Below, in pieces: positions 11,136 to 21,134 of a stretch of DNA of 36,880 bases. Numbering within the stretch: position 1 is the stretch's first letter; every line of letters begins with the position of its first letter. Below the pieces are notes generated by a model. The model was not told the DNA's origin. It was given only the letters and a program-made list of their open reading frames with translations, and ran no database searches. Location of the stretch: sequence record SRR20825010_2067. One strand, given 5' to 3'. Made by a program: the position numbers and the translations under genes.

Positions 11136-11344
11136 GACTCGCCTCCATGGTGGTGATTGAGAGTGAGTCTGAAGGCGAAATATGACGGGCTGGTGCGGGG
11201 CAGGCTGCGGCTGCGTGACAGGGCGAGGAAATGTGCTGTTCGTCACGGCGCAACTCCTGCGGCGGCCCTTTAAGGAAGAGGCGGACAGGGGCTTGGCGTC
11301 CTTGCCGCGCGGTCGTCTGCTTAGCCGGTATCAGGCCTGCTGTA

Positions 11345-14167
11345 TTATTTCAGCATGGGCTTGAGGAAGCGCCCGGTGTGGCTGCCTTTGACGTTGGCAA
11401 CCTCTTCCGGGGTGCCTTCGGCGATGATTTCGCCGCCACCGTCACCGCCCTCTGGGCCCAGATCCACAATCCAGTCTGCGGTCTTGATCACGTCCAGGTT
11501 GTGTTCGATCACCACCACGGAGTTACCGTGGTCGGCCAGACGGTTAAGCACGTCCAGCAGGAGCTGGATGTCATGGAAATGCAGGCCGGTAGTGGGTTCG
11601 TCGAGGATGTACAAGGTGTTGCCAGTATCCCTGCGCGACAATTCCTTGGCCAGTTTGACCCGTTGCGCTTCGCCGCCGGATAGCGTGGTGGCTGCCTGGC
11701 CGAGTTTCACATAGCTGAGGCCCACATCCATGAGGGTCTGGAGTTTGCGTGCCAGCGACGGTACGGCATCGAAAAACTCACGGGCATCTTCGATAGTCAG
11801 GTCGAGCACTTCGAAGATGTTTTTGCCCTTGTAGGTAATTTCCAGGGTTTCTCGGTTGTAGCGTCTGCCATCGCAGACTTCGCAGGGGACATAAATGTCG
11901 GGCAGGAAGTGCATCTCCACCTTGATAACCCCGTCACCCTGGCAGGCTTCGCAGCGTCCGCCTTTTACATTGAAGCTGAAACGGCCCGGCTTGTAGCCGC
12001 GCGCACGGGCTTCCTGGGTGCCCGCGAACAATTCCCGCACCGGGGTGAAAATACCGGTGTAGGTGGCCGGGTTGGAGCGCGGGGTGCGACCGATAGGGCT
12101 TTGATCGATATCCACCACCTTGTCGAAATGCTCAAGGCCGTCGATGGACTCATGGGGGCCAGCGGTCAGGGTGGTGGCCTTGTTGAGTTTGGTGGCTGCC
12201 AGCGGGTAGAGGGTGCTGTTGATCAGCGTGGACTTGCCAGAGCCGGATACGCCGGTGATGCAGGTCAGCAACCCGACCGGAATATTCAGCGGATGTCCTT
12301 TCAGGTTGTTGCCAGTGGCGCCGTGCAAGGTCAGCCAGCGATCGTCATTGTGTTGCCGGTGCTGGGCGGGAATGGCGATTTGCTTGCGGCCGGAGAGGTA
12401 GTCACCGGTGAGTGAAGCGGGGTTGTCCGCCACGTCCTGGGCGCTCCCCTGGGCGATAACCTCGCCGCCGTGGACGCCGGCCCCGGGGCCGATATCAATG
12501 ACGTGATCGGCCAGACGGATAGCGTCTTCATCGTGCTCCACAACGAGCACCGTATTGCCCAGGTCCCGCAGGCGGGTGAGGGTGCTGAGAAGGCGTTCGT
12601 TGTCGCGCTGATGCAAGCCGATTGATGGCTCATCCAGCACATACATCACGCCCACCAAGCCGGCGCCGATCTGGCTGGCCAGGCGAATACGCTGGGCCTC
12701 GCCGCCAGAGAGGGTTTCTGCGCTGCGCTCCAGCGTCAGATATTCCAGTCCCACGTTAACCAGAAACTGCAGGCGGTCACGGATTTCCTTGAGAATCTTG
12801 TCGGCGATTTCGCCTCTGCTGCCGGGCAGCGTGAGCTCGCTAAAGTAGGCGTGGGCCTTGCCCACCGCCAGACGCACCACTTCCGGCAGGGTAGTCTGTT
12901 CAATAAAGACATGGCGGGCGGCTTCGCGCAGGCGCGAGCCGTTGCAGCTGGGGCAGCTGGAGGTCGACATGTAGCTGAGCAGGTCTTCGCGTACCGCGTC
13001 GGATTCGGTTTCCCGGTAACGGCGTTCCATGTTGGGAATGATGCCTTCGAACGGATGGTTACGCTTGATGATGTCGCCGCGGTCATTCAAATAGCGAAAC
13101 TCGATGCTTTCCTTGCCGGTGCCATGTAGTACTTTCTTGCGAACTTCTTTGGGCAGATCCTTGAAGGCGGCATCCATGTCGAAGCCAATGCTCTGGGACA
13201 GGGAATTGAGCATCTGGAAGTAATAGACGTTGCGTCGGTCCCAGCCACGGATAGCGCCTTCGGAGAGAGAAAGCTCGTCGGAATTGATGACCTTGCCTTC
13301 ATCAAAGAACTGTTTCATGCCCAGGCCGTCACAGCTGGGGCAGGCACCGGCCGGGTTATTGAACGAGAACAGGCGCGGTTCCAGCTCCGGGATTGAATAA
13401 CCGCAGGTGGGGCAGGCGAACTTGGCGGAGAAAGTGGTTTCCTCGCCGTCGCCGTCCATGGGCGCGATCACGGCAATGTCGTCGGCCAGATTCAGGGCGG
13501 TCTCGAACGATTCCGCCAGGCGGTTCTGCAGGTCGTCGCGGACCTTGAAGCGATCCACCACCACTTCGATGGTGTGCTTCTTGTTCTTGTCCAGGTCCGG
13601 AGTGTCATCCATGTCGTAGATACGGCCATCAATGCGTACCCGGATAAAGCCCTGGGCGCGTAGCTCCTCGAACAGATGAACGTGTTCGCCTTTCTTTTCG
13701 CGGATCACCGGGGCCAGCAGCATCAGCTTGCTGCCTTCTTCCATGGCCAGCACCTGATCCACCATCTGGCTAATGGTTTGCGCGGCCAGCGGGGCATCAT
13801 GCTCGGGGCAGCGTGGCTCGCCGACCCGGGCGAACAGCAGGCGCAGATAGTCGTAGATTTCGGTGATGGTGCCCACGGTGGAGCGCGGGTTGTGGCTGGT
13901 GGACTTCTGCTCAATGGAAATGGCGGGGCTCAGCCCTTCGATGTGGTCCACATCGGGCTTTTCCATCATCGACAGGAACTGGCGGGCGTAGGTGGACAGC
14001 GATTCCACATAACGGCGCTGGCCTTCCGCGTACAGGGTGTCGAACGCCAGAGAGGATTTGCCGGAACCGGACAGGCCGGTGATCACCACCAGCTTGTCCC
14101 GGGGTATATCCAGGTCCACGTTCTTCAGGTTATGGGTGCGTGCGCCACGAACCAGAATGGTATCCAT
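11345..14167 (-). CDS. uvrA: Excinuclease ABC subunit A
   Basis: 940 aa, [10 protein letters not shown], two Walker A motifs, two LSGGEAQR signatures, CxxC zinc modules. Confidence 0.99.
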   Translation of the reverse strand: MDTILVRGARTHNLKNVDLDIPRDKLVVITGLSGSGKSSLAFDTLYAEGQRRYVESLSTYARQFLSMMEKPDVDHIEGLSPAISIEQKSTSHNPRSTVGTITEIYDYLRLLFARVGEPRCPEHDAPLAAQTISQMVDQVLAMEEGSKLMLLAPVIREKKGEHVHLFEELRAQGFIRVRIDGRIYDMDDTPDLDKNKKHTIEVVVDRFKVRDDLQNRLAESFETALNLADDIAVIAPMDGDGEETTFSAKFACPTCGYSIPELEPRLFSFNNPAGACPSCDGLGMKQFFDEGKVINSDELSLSEGAIRGWDRRNVYYFQMLNSLSQSIGFDMDAAFKDLPKEVRKKVLHGTGKESIEFRYLNDRGDIIKRNHPFEGIIPNMERRYRETESDAVREDLLSYMSTSSCPSCNGSRLREAARHVFIEQTTLPEVVRLAVGKAHAYFSELTLPGSRGEIADKILKEIRDRLQFLVNVGLEYLTLERSAETLSGGEAQRIRLASQIGAGLVGVMYVLDEPSIGLHQRDNERLLSTLTRLRDLGNTVLVVEHDEDAIRLADHVIDIGPGAGVHGGEVIAQGSAQDVADNPASLTGDYLSGRKQIAIPAQHRQHNDDRWLTLHGATGNNLKGHPLNIPVGLLTCITGVSGSGKSTLINSTLYPLAATKLNKATTLTAGPHESIDGLEHFDKVVDIDQSPIGRTPRSNPATYTGIFTPVRELFAGTQEARARGYKPGRFSFNVKGGRCEACQGDGVIKVEMHFLPDIYVPCEVCDGRRYNRETLEITYKGKNIFEVLDLTIEDAREFFDAVPSLARKLQTLMDVGLSYVKLGQAATTLSGGEAQRVKLAKELSRRDTGNTLYILDEPTTGLHFHDIQLLLDVLNRLADHGNSVVVIEHNLDVIKTADWIVDLGPEGGDGGGEIIAEGTPEEVANVKGSHTGRFLKPMLK

Positions 14168-14183
14168 CTACTGCCCCTGAGTA

Positions 14184-14199
14184 CTGTCAAAATGAACAG
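14184..14199. promoter_or_regulatory. LexA (SOS) box upstream of uvrA
   Basis: taCTGTCAAAATGAACAG = CTGT-N8-ACAG, 16 nt before the uvrA ATG and just downstream of a minus-strand TATACT -10 (14203-14208). Confidence 0.85.
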
Positions 14200-14211
14200 G
14201 GCAGTATAAGG

Positions 14212-14285
14212 GACGCTGGACGCCCGACGCCAGACGCAGGATGCGAAAAGCCGGCGTCAGGCATTTGGCGTCTTGCGTCAGGCGT
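14212..14285. repeat. Inverted heptamer tandem-repeat hairpin (GACGCNN)n / (GCGTCNN)n
   Basis: gacgctg gacgccc gacgcca gacgcag gatgc, 9-nt loop, gcgtcag gcatttg gcgtctt gcgtcag gcgt. Confidence 0.85.
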
Positions 14286-14287
14286 GG

Positions 14288-14938
14288 TTACAGATTTTCC
14301 TGGGCCCAGTTCACCGCTTGCAGGCGGTTGGAAGCGTTGATTTTCTTGAAGATATTGTAGATGTGGGTCTTGATGGTGTGCGGGCTCAGGTTCAGGCTGC
14401 TGGCGATTTCCGAGTTCTTGGCGCCGGTGGCCATGACTTTCAGCACTTCCACTTCCCGGTCTGTCAGGCTGACTTCGCTGCGTGAGAAGGTCTTGTTGAA
14501 GGTTCGGCTCTTCATCAAGTAGGTCTGCAATACGGCGCGCGGGAACCACAGCTCGCCGTCGAAAATGGCCTTGATACCTTTGCTGAGCAGGGCTTGGGGG
14601 CAATCGTGCTGAAAACCGCCGTTGACCATGGGAAGCCCGGCCAGTTTGGAGAGTGACTCATCGCTGTCCACGTTGAAAACGGCGATCAGAACATCGCTTT
14701 CCACTTCCTGGTCGGCTTCCAGCAAGTGGGCGATGACTTCATTCACGTCCACTGAGTGGTAGTCCACCAGAAACAGGTTTTGGTTCTGTTCGCGCAGGAT
14801 CTCGGTGGTGATATCCAGAGCGGTGGGAATGCTTTTGGCTGCCACGTCTTCCTTGACGAGAAATTCTGTAAGCAGGGCGTTTTGCAGCTGTTGGCTGCCG
14901 ACCACGTAAACTTGCTGGGTATGTTCTTGGCTATTCAT
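14288..14938 (-). CDS. LuxR-family transcriptional regulator, CsgD/VpsT-like (atypical receiver plus HTH)
   Basis: C-terminal LTDREVEVL..MATGAKNSEIA..LNLSPHTIKTHIYNIFKKI; degenerate receiver; GELWFPR linker. Confidence 0.88.
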   Translation of the reverse strand: MNSQEHTQQVYVVGSQQLQNALLTEFLVKEDVAAKSIPTALDITTEILREQNQNLFLVDYHSVDVNEVIAHLLEADQEVESDVLIAVFNVDSDESLSKLAGLPMVNGGFQHDCPQALLSKGIKAIFDGELWFPRAVLQTYLMKSRTFNKTFSRSEVSLTDREVEVLKVMATGAKNSEIASSLNLSPHTIKTHIYNIFKKINASNRLQAVNWAQENL

Positions 14939-15203
14939 TGGCCCCGTCCGTGATTACTCAGGCAAACACCTAAGAAAAAAAACTGATCAGCCTGTCAATT
15001 TATCACCGCTTTGGCGGGGGTTCAATTTGATGCACTCGAGTTTTACCGATTTCACGATCGGAGGTTGTGGGCCGGCTCTTCGGGGCACTGGTTCTGACGG
15101 GGCCGGAATCTGCTACACTGCGTGCCCTTTTGTATCGGCCGGGGTTGCGGCAGCTGTATGCTGCGGTGCAGCGGCCTCTCCGGGTTAGGAGCGATCACGG
15201 TTC

Positions 15204-16571
15204 ATGACGGCATCATCTTCCCATGCCCTGCAGCGGACAGAACTGAAAACCACGGGTTATCTGGCAACCATTTTCGCGTTGCGGATGTTTGGTTTGTTCA
15301 TGATCCTGCCGATTTTTGCAGTCTACGGGCAGGCCCTTGAAGGGGCTTCCCCGCTTTTGATCGGTACGGCCATTGGCGCCTATGGCCTGATGCAGGCGCT
15401 GCTGCAGATTCCTTTTGGCATGCTGTCGGACCGTTTTGGTCGTCGCCCGTTGCTATTGATTGGCCTGTTGCTGTTTATTGCCGGTGGCGCAGTGGCGGCC
15501 ATGAGTGACCATATTTACGGAGTGATTGCGGGGCGGGCGCTGCAGGGAGCCGGGGCCATCGCCAGCGTGATCATGGCGTTGATTGGTGATGTGGTGACGG
15601 AAAAGCACCGTACCCGGGCCATGGCGCTGATTGGCATGTCCGTGGGCGGCTCTTTTGTTCTGGCACTGATTCTGGGCCCCTTGCTGGCGGGATGGTTGGG
15701 TTTGTCCGGCCTGTTCTGGATGACCTCGGTGCTGGGGGGCTTTGCCTTGCTGGTTGCTTTTGTGGTGCCGGCTCCGAAAGCCTTGCAGGGTGAGGCATTG
15801 CCCGCGTCGGAACGTTTCCGCCGAGTATTGGGCAGTAAGACATTGCTGCGTTTTGATGTGGGTATTTTCAGCCTGCATCTGATCATGACCGCATCCTTTG
15901 TGGTGGTGCCTGCCCTGCTTAGCGATCGCCTGGGGCTGACGCTGCAAAGCCACAGCTTGCTGTATCTGGCGGTGCTGGTGGCAGGGTTCTTGGCCATGGT
16001 GCCGTTGATTATCCGGGCGGAGCGCCGCGGAGCGGTGCCCATGAAACGTCTGGCGGTGGTATTGCTGGCAGTTTCCCAGTTGTTGCTGGCGCTGGCCGGC
16101 GCGCAATTGTGGCATTTTGTCCTGGCCTTGCTGGTTTTCTTTACGGCTTTTAACCTGCTGGAAGCCTTGTTGCCCTCGCTGGTGGGGCGCGCTGCGCCTG
16201 CCGGCACCCGCGGAACAGCCATGGGGGTGTACTCCACCAGCCAGTTTTTGGGCGTGTTTGTCGGCGGGCAAATGGGGGGCGCGCTGTATCAATGCGTGGG
16301 CGCGGAAGCCGTTTTTTATGGCTGCGGGTCACTGGCGCTGGTCTGGTTGCTGGTGCTGGTGGGCATGAAAGAACTGCCCAAGCTGGATAACCGGGTTCTG
16401 TCGTTGTCCCCCGGGCAGGACTGGCAGGCCCTGACTGAGCGGCTGAAATCCGTGCCCGGGGTGGTAGAAACAGTGATTGTAGAAGAGCAGGCCCTGGCTC
16501 TGCTGAAGGTGGATGCTGGCCAGTTGGATGAGCAACAGTTACAGGGTGTCGCCGGAGCCGGACAAAGCTGA
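15204..16571 (+). CDS. MFS transporter, YajR-like
   Basis: Motif A GMLSDRFGRRP, about 12 hydrophobic segments, C-terminal soluble domain; usual neighbour of uvrA/ssb. Confidence 0.92.
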   Translation: MTASSSHALQRTELKTTGYLATIFALRMFGLFMILPIFAVYGQALEGASPLLIGTAIGAYGLMQALLQIPFGMLSDRFGRRPLLLIGLLLFIAGGAVAAMSDHIYGVIAGRALQGAGAIASVIMALIGDVVTEKHRTRAMALIGMSVGGSFVLALILGPLLAGWLGLSGLFWMTSVLGGFALLVAFVVPAPKALQGEALPASERFRRVLGSKTLLRFDVGIFSLHLIMTASFVVVPALLSDRLGLTLQSHSLLYLAVLVAGFLAMVPLIIRAERRGAVPMKRLAVVLLAVSQLLLALAGAQLWHFVLALLVFFTAFNLLEALLPSLVGRAAPAGTRGTAMGVYSTSQFLGVFVGGQMGGALYQCVGAEAVFYGCGSLALVWLLVLVGMKELPKLDNRVLSLSPGQDWQALTERLKSVPGVVETVIVEEQALALLKVDAGQLDEQQLQGVAGAGQS

Positions 16572-16661
16572 CACAATGGACAGCTTGATTGAGTTTGTCG
16601 TCCAGCGGCGATGACGAGAAGATAGACAGTAGTCAGACCATAAGAAGTCACGGAGAGAAAC

Positions 16662-17177
16662 ATGGCGCGCGGCGTTAACAAGGTAATTTTGATCGGTAAC
16701 CTGGGGGCGGATCCGGAAACCCGCTTTATGCCCAGCGGTGGCGCTGTCACGAATGTGCGGCTGGCCACCAGTGAAAGCTGGAAAGACCGTCAGAGCGGCC
16801 AGATGCAGGAACGCACCGAATGGCACCGGGTGGTGTTTTTCAACAAGCTGGGCGAGATTGCTGGCGAGTACCTGAAAAAAGGCTCCAAGGTGTACATCGA
16901 AGGCTCCATCCGTACCCGCAAGTGGCAGGGGCAGGACGGCCAGGATCGTTACACCACCGAAATCGTGGCCAACGAGATGCAGATGCTGGATGGGCGCGGT
17001 GATGGCGGCGGCCAGGGCGGCGGGTATACCCAGTCTTCCCCGGCTCAGGGCAATCAGGGTGGCTACGGTAATGATAGCCAGTCCGGAGGCAGCCAGCCGG
17101 CGCAGAACCAGAATAGCAACCAGGGCGGCGGTTTCAGCGGCCCGGCGGATGACTTCGACGACGACATCCCGTTCTGA
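16662..17177 (+). CDS. ssb: Single-stranded DNA-binding protein
   Basis: [22 protein letters not shown], acidic tail DDDIPF. Confidence 0.99.
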   Translation: MARGVNKVILIGNLGADPETRFMPSGGAVTNVRLATSESWKDRQSGQMQERTEWHRVVFFNKLGEIAGEYLKKGSKVYIEGSIRTRKWQGQDGQDRYTTEIVANEMQMLDGRGDGGGQGGGYTQSSPAQGNQGGYGNDSQSGGSQPAQNQNSNQGGGFSGPADDFDDDIPF

Positions 17178-17203
17178 TCGGTAGACAGGAAACCGGCTCC
17201 GTT

Positions 17204-17932
17204 ATGCCACGAAAAATAACACTGGCGCTGCTTTTCAGCGTCAGCCTGCTACTGTTCCTGCTGCTGCTGATGCCGGCAGCCGTATTGGTGGAGCGCGTCC
17301 CGGCCCTGCGGCCTGGCGGTGCACCGCTGGTCATTACTAACCCGCAGGGGCTCTGGTGGGACGGGCAGGCGAACTGGCAATGGCAGCGCCGCCAGGGAAC
17401 AGTGCAGTGGGCGCTGGACTGGCACGGGCTGGTGCCAGGCCTGGCACTGAAGACCCGCAGTGATGATGACGCCGCGCGCCTGTCCGGTTGGCTGGGTGCA
17501 GATTGGGGTGACTGGCAATTGCAGCAGGCCCGGCTTTCGTTGCCGGTGGCGCTGGTAGCTGACCATATTCCCCAGGGCAGTGCAGACGGGCGTGTGGACG
17601 CGACCCTGATGCAGATTACCTTTGGTGATGCCAAGATCAAGGCATTGCAGGGCACGTTGCAGTACGGCGGCGGCACGGTCAGCTGGGGCCGCAATGGCTC
17701 CGCAACGGTACCGGTGCTGCAGGGCCGTTTAAGCATGGAAAATACGCAGCCGACATTGCAAGTGGTGGGGCCGGAGAGTGAGGCGCTGGTGGATGCCCGG
17801 CTGGCAGATGGGCGCTTCGAACTGGAAGTGCGGCGTGCCTGGCCCATGCTGTTGGGTGTGAGCCAGGGAGGTAATCCGGAGGATGTGGTATTCCAGATGT
17901 CGCAACCTTTTGCTCTGCCGGGTGGTCAGTAA
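17204..17932 (+). CDS. gspN: Type II secretion system protein N-like
   Basis: N-terminal TM followed by PA, G.WWDG motif, beta-rich body; adjacent to gspC/gspD. Confidence 0.7.
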   Translation: MPRKITLALLFSVSLLLFLLLLMPAAVLVERVPALRPGGAPLVITNPQGLWWDGQANWQWQRRQGTVQWALDWHGLVPGLALKTRSDDDAARLSGWLGADWGDWQLQQARLSLPVALVADHIPQGSADGRVDATLMQITFGDAKIKALQGTLQYGGGTVSWGRNGSATVPVLQGRLSMENTQPTLQVVGPESEALVDARLADGRFELEVRRAWPMLLGVSQGGNPEDVVFQMSQPFALPGGQ

Positions 17933-18027
17933 CACTATATTGCAATAATAAGCCGTAGAATCCGGTAGGTTGTAGCCTTTGCCATATCGGTAATCGGTAA
18001 AACGATAAAGGAAGTCGCAGGACAGTT

Positions 18028-18891
18028 ATGTCGCAACTGGCGAGTTGGGGAAAGCAGCAGCAATGGGGCGCACCGCTTCGGTGGGTGATCTCTGTATTGC
18101 TGGTGGTCGTGCTGGCCTATGTGTTGGCGCAGACCGTGTGGCTATTGTGGTATGGCCCCAGTGAGCCCGTGCCGGCGAATACCCGGACGCGCCTGGAGGT
18201 CTCCTCTTCTGGCGATGCTCCGACCCTCTCCCAAGCCCAGATCGATAACTGGCAACTGTTCGGTAACTATGAGCCCGTGGCCAGCACCGGCAATGACAAG
18301 CCCACCGACGCCCCCGATACCCGCCTGCGCCTGGAGCTGCTGGGGGTCTTCCAGAATGCCGATACCAAGCGCGCCACGGCGATTATTGCCGAGAAAGGCA
18401 AAGAGGGTGAGCTGTACCATATCGGTGACAGTATTCCCGGTAACGCTAAACTGGAAGAAGTGTACCCCGACCGGGTGATCCTGCGCCGGGCGGGCCGACT
18501 GGAAACGCTGCGCTGGAGTGACAATGCCTTGGGCGGTGTGACTGAAGTGACGCGTGATCCTGCACCCCGACCGGCGCCCACGGCACCTGCCGGCAATGAG
18601 GGCGGGGCGGCCGATCTGGCACGCCAGCGTACCACTATTATTGGTCAGCTGGGGCTGGAGCCTGTCACTGAGGGTGGCAGCGCCGGTTACCGGTTGGGCA
18701 AACGTGCTCCAAAACAATTGCTTGCGCAGGTTGGCCTGCAAAGCGATGACGTAATTCTCTCGGTTAACGGACACCCGCTGGGAACAGAAAGCAACGACAT
18801 GGCGGCTCTGCGTTCGTATCAGGACACCCAGCAGGCATCCATCGTGGTGCAACGGGGTGACCAGCAATTTACCGTGAACTATCCGCCTTAG
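18028..18891 (+). CDS. gspC: Type II secretion system protein C (HR plus PDZ-like domain)
   Basis: Single TM, APDTRLRLELLGV, VYPDRVILRRAGRLETL, GLQSDDVILSVNG. Confidence 0.9.
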   Translation: MSQLASWGKQQQWGAPLRWVISVLLVVVLAYVLAQTVWLLWYGPSEPVPANTRTRLEVSSSGDAPTLSQAQIDNWQLFGNYEPVASTGNDKPTDAPDTRLRLELLGVFQNADTKRATAIIAEKGKEGELYHIGDSIPGNAKLEEVYPDRVILRRAGRLETLRWSDNALGGVTEVTRDPAPRPAPTAPAGNEGGAADLARQRTTIIGQLGLEPVTEGGSAGYRLGKRAPKQLLAQVGLQSDDVILSVNGHPLGTESNDMAALRSYQDTQQASIVVQRGDQQFTVNYPP

Positions 18892-21023
18892 TGAGTGGTT
18901 TTATGACGCCTTTTTTCAGAACGTCTCTATCAAGAATAATATTGCTGTTGGCACTGTCGGCCGTCATGGTGACGGCTCATGCGCGGACCACCAATGAAGT
19001 GCAGGCCAGTGACGACGGCAAGAGCTGGACGGTGAATATCCGCAACGCGGACATTCAGGCGTTTATCAGCCAGGTGGCTGACATGACCGGCAAGAATTTC
19101 GTGGTGGACCCCCGGGTACGGGCCCGGGATGTGACGGTGGTGTCCACCAAGTCACTCACCTCCAGCGAAGTCTATGAGCTGTTCCTGTCCGTGCTTCAGG
19201 TGCACGGTTACGCGGCGGTGCCGGCCGGCGACATCATCAAGATTGTGCCCAACACCACGGCCAAGCAGAGCAATCTGCCGCTGGTAGGCAAGAATGCAGC
19301 CGGTGGAGAAGAGTTGGTGACCCGGGTGATTCCGGTGGAAAACTCGCCGGTGGAAGAGTTGGTGCCAGTACTGCGCCCGTTGGTGCCCCAGTACGGCCAT
19401 CTGGCGGCGGTGGGGTCTGCCAATGCGCTGATCATCAGTGATCACATGGACAACATCCGTCGCATGGAAGCGATTATTGCCAGCCTGGATAGTGCGGAAT
19501 CCGAAGACGTTCAGGTGATCAAGCTCAAGTATGCCTTCGCTGGTGACATGGTGAAGATGCTCGAAAGCCTGACGCCACAGACCGGTGGCCGCCGTGGTAA
19601 AACGCCGGAAGGTGGCGTTACGGTGGTGGCGGATGAGCGCACCAACCGGTTGATCATCAAAGGTGACCGGGTCACCCGCCAGCGCATGGTGCAGATGGTG
19701 AACAGCCTGGACACCGAAGAAAGCGACAATGGCGGTGTACAGGTAATACGTCTTAGCCATGGTGATGCCAAGACCCTGGCCGAATTGCTCAAGAACTTTG
19801 CTGACGGTGCCTCGGTGACCAAGGCCGGAGGTGACGGCAAGGCCGTCACAAGCACGGTATCGAACAACAGCAAGGTATCCATCCAGGCAGACGAATCGCT
19901 CAATGCCCTGGTGATCCGGGCTGAACCGGCAATGATGAAAGAGCTGCAATCGGTGATCAGCCAGCTGGATGTGCGTCGGGCGCAGATCCTGATTGAAGCG
20001 GCGATTGTGGAAATTTCCGGGGAGCAGGGCAAGAACCTGGGCTTTCAGTATGTGGCCGGCAGCGATGATAGCGGTGTGGGCGCAGTGAATTTTGGCGGTA
20101 ACGGGCTAAGCATCAACTCTGTACTGCAGGCTGTGGCCACAGATGATCCTTCCAGTCTGAGTCTGGGGGATGGCATTACCGCCGGGCTTGGCGAAACCGA
20201 TTCCAATGGTGACTTGAAGTGGGGGGCGTTGATTCAGGCGCTGTCCACATCATCGGATGTGAACCTGTTGTCCACGCCCAGTATCCTGACCCTGGACAAC
20301 GAAGAGGCGTCCATCGTGGTGGGGGAAAACGTGCCTTTCGTGACCGGGCAAAGCACCAACACCGGCTCCGGGGTGTCTAATCCGTTTACCACCATTCAGC
20401 GGGAAGACGTGGGTCTGACTCTCAAGGTCACCCCCCATGTGGCGGGCTTGTCCACCATTCGCCTGGAGCTGGAGCAGGAAAACTCGGCGGTGAAAGATTC
20501 CGCCGGCGATGCAGTGGATATCGTTACAACCACCCGCAAGCTGCAAAGCACGGTGTTGGCTGATGACGGTGAAACCATCGCGTTGGGTGGCCTGATCAAG
20601 GACGATATTCGCGTTACGGTGCGCAAGGTGCCGTTGCTGGGGGATATTCCGCTGTTGGGCTTCCTGTTCCGCTCTACCAGCAAGGATCGGGTGAAGAGTA
20701 ACCTGATGGTGTTCCTGAAGCCGACCATTCTGGCCAATAATGATCGCCTGGTGAAAATGAGCCAGGAAAAGTATATGGGTCTGACAGCCCTGCAGTTCCG
20801 TCTTAACAAAGAAGGCGAGCTGGAGCAGGTGGAGAAAAACCCGATTCCGCAGACGCTGGATCATATTTTTGAAGGGCGTGCACCAGTGCCGCAGGATTTC
20901 CGTGATGCCTACTTCAAGGAGCAGGATGCGCCGATTCCGGCCACTGAAAAAGAGGCTAAGGATAAAGAGCCGCGCCATGTGCCCGGTGTCGATCTCAAGG
21001 CGGCGAGTGAGCCCGATATTTGA
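18891..21023 (+). CDS. gspD: Type II secretion system secretin D
   Basis: NADIQAFI..VA..TGKNFVVDPRV, LSTPSILTLDNEEASIVVG, KVPLLGDIPLLGFLF; start GTG 18891 or ATG 18903. Confidence 0.96.
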   Translation: MSGFMTPFFRTSLSRIILLLALSAVMVTAHARTTNEVQASDDGKSWTVNIRNADIQAFISQVADMTGKNFVVDPRVRARDVTVVSTKSLTSSEVYELFLSVLQVHGYAAVPAGDIIKIVPNTTAKQSNLPLVGKNAAGGEELVTRVIPVENSPVEELVPVLRPLVPQYGHLAAVGSANALIISDHMDNIRRMEAIIASLDSAESEDVQVIKLKYAFAGDMVKMLESLTPQTGGRRGKTPEGGVTVVADERTNRLIIKGDRVTRQRMVQMVNSLDTEESDNGGVQVIRLSHGDAKTLAELLKNFADGASVTKAGGDGKAVTSTVSNNSKVSIQADESLNALVIRAEPAMMKELQSVISQLDVRRAQILIEAAIVEISGEQGKNLGFQYVAGSDDSGVGAVNFGGNGLSINSVLQAVATDDPSSLSLGDGITAGLGETDSNGDLKWGALIQALSTSSDVNLLSTPSILTLDNEEASIVVGENVPFVTGQSTNTGSGVSNPFTTIQREDVGLTLKVTPHVAGLSTIRLELEQENSAVKDSAGDAVDIVTTTRKLQSTVLADDGETIALGGLIKDDIRVTVRKVPLLGDIPLLGFLFRSTSKDRVKSNLMVFLKPTILANNDRLVKMSQEKYMGLTALQFRLNKEGELEQVEKNPIPQTLDHIFEGRAPVPQDFRDAYFKEQDAPIPATEKEAKDKEPRHVPGVDLKAASEPDI

Positions 21024-21047
21024 TATTTACGGGGCTTGGTTGTCGGC

Positions 21048-21079
21048 ATAAAAAAACGCGCTACGGCGCGTTTTTTTAT
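21048..21079. terminator. Bidirectional intrinsic terminator
   Basis: Perfect ATAAAAAAACGCGC-TACG-GCGCGTTTTTTTAT between convergent genes. Confidence 0.93.
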
Positions 21080-21134
21080 AGGCTTGAATATGTGATGGGG
21101 AAGAGCTGGCGAATATCTTGGTAGCAGAATCAGA

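Noticed and set aside
14212-14285. CRISPR-like or IS-end interpretation of the repeat
   Set aside because: 7-nt units without spacers; no cas or transposase gene, no target duplication seen
14187-14603. 138-aa ORF with PDARRQMPDA-like periodicity
   Set aside because: Out-of-frame overlap of the LuxR gene; periodicity derives from the heptamer DNA repeat
15040-15051. 12-mer AATCGGTAAAAC shared by the LuxR upstream region (minus strand) and the gspC upstream region (17992-18003)
   Set aside because: Roughly one such match is expected by chance among a few kb of intergenic DNA; non-palindromic and only two copies
15154-15171. CTGTATG...CAG in the MFS leader as an SOS box
   Set aside because: Spacer is 12 nt, not the required 10
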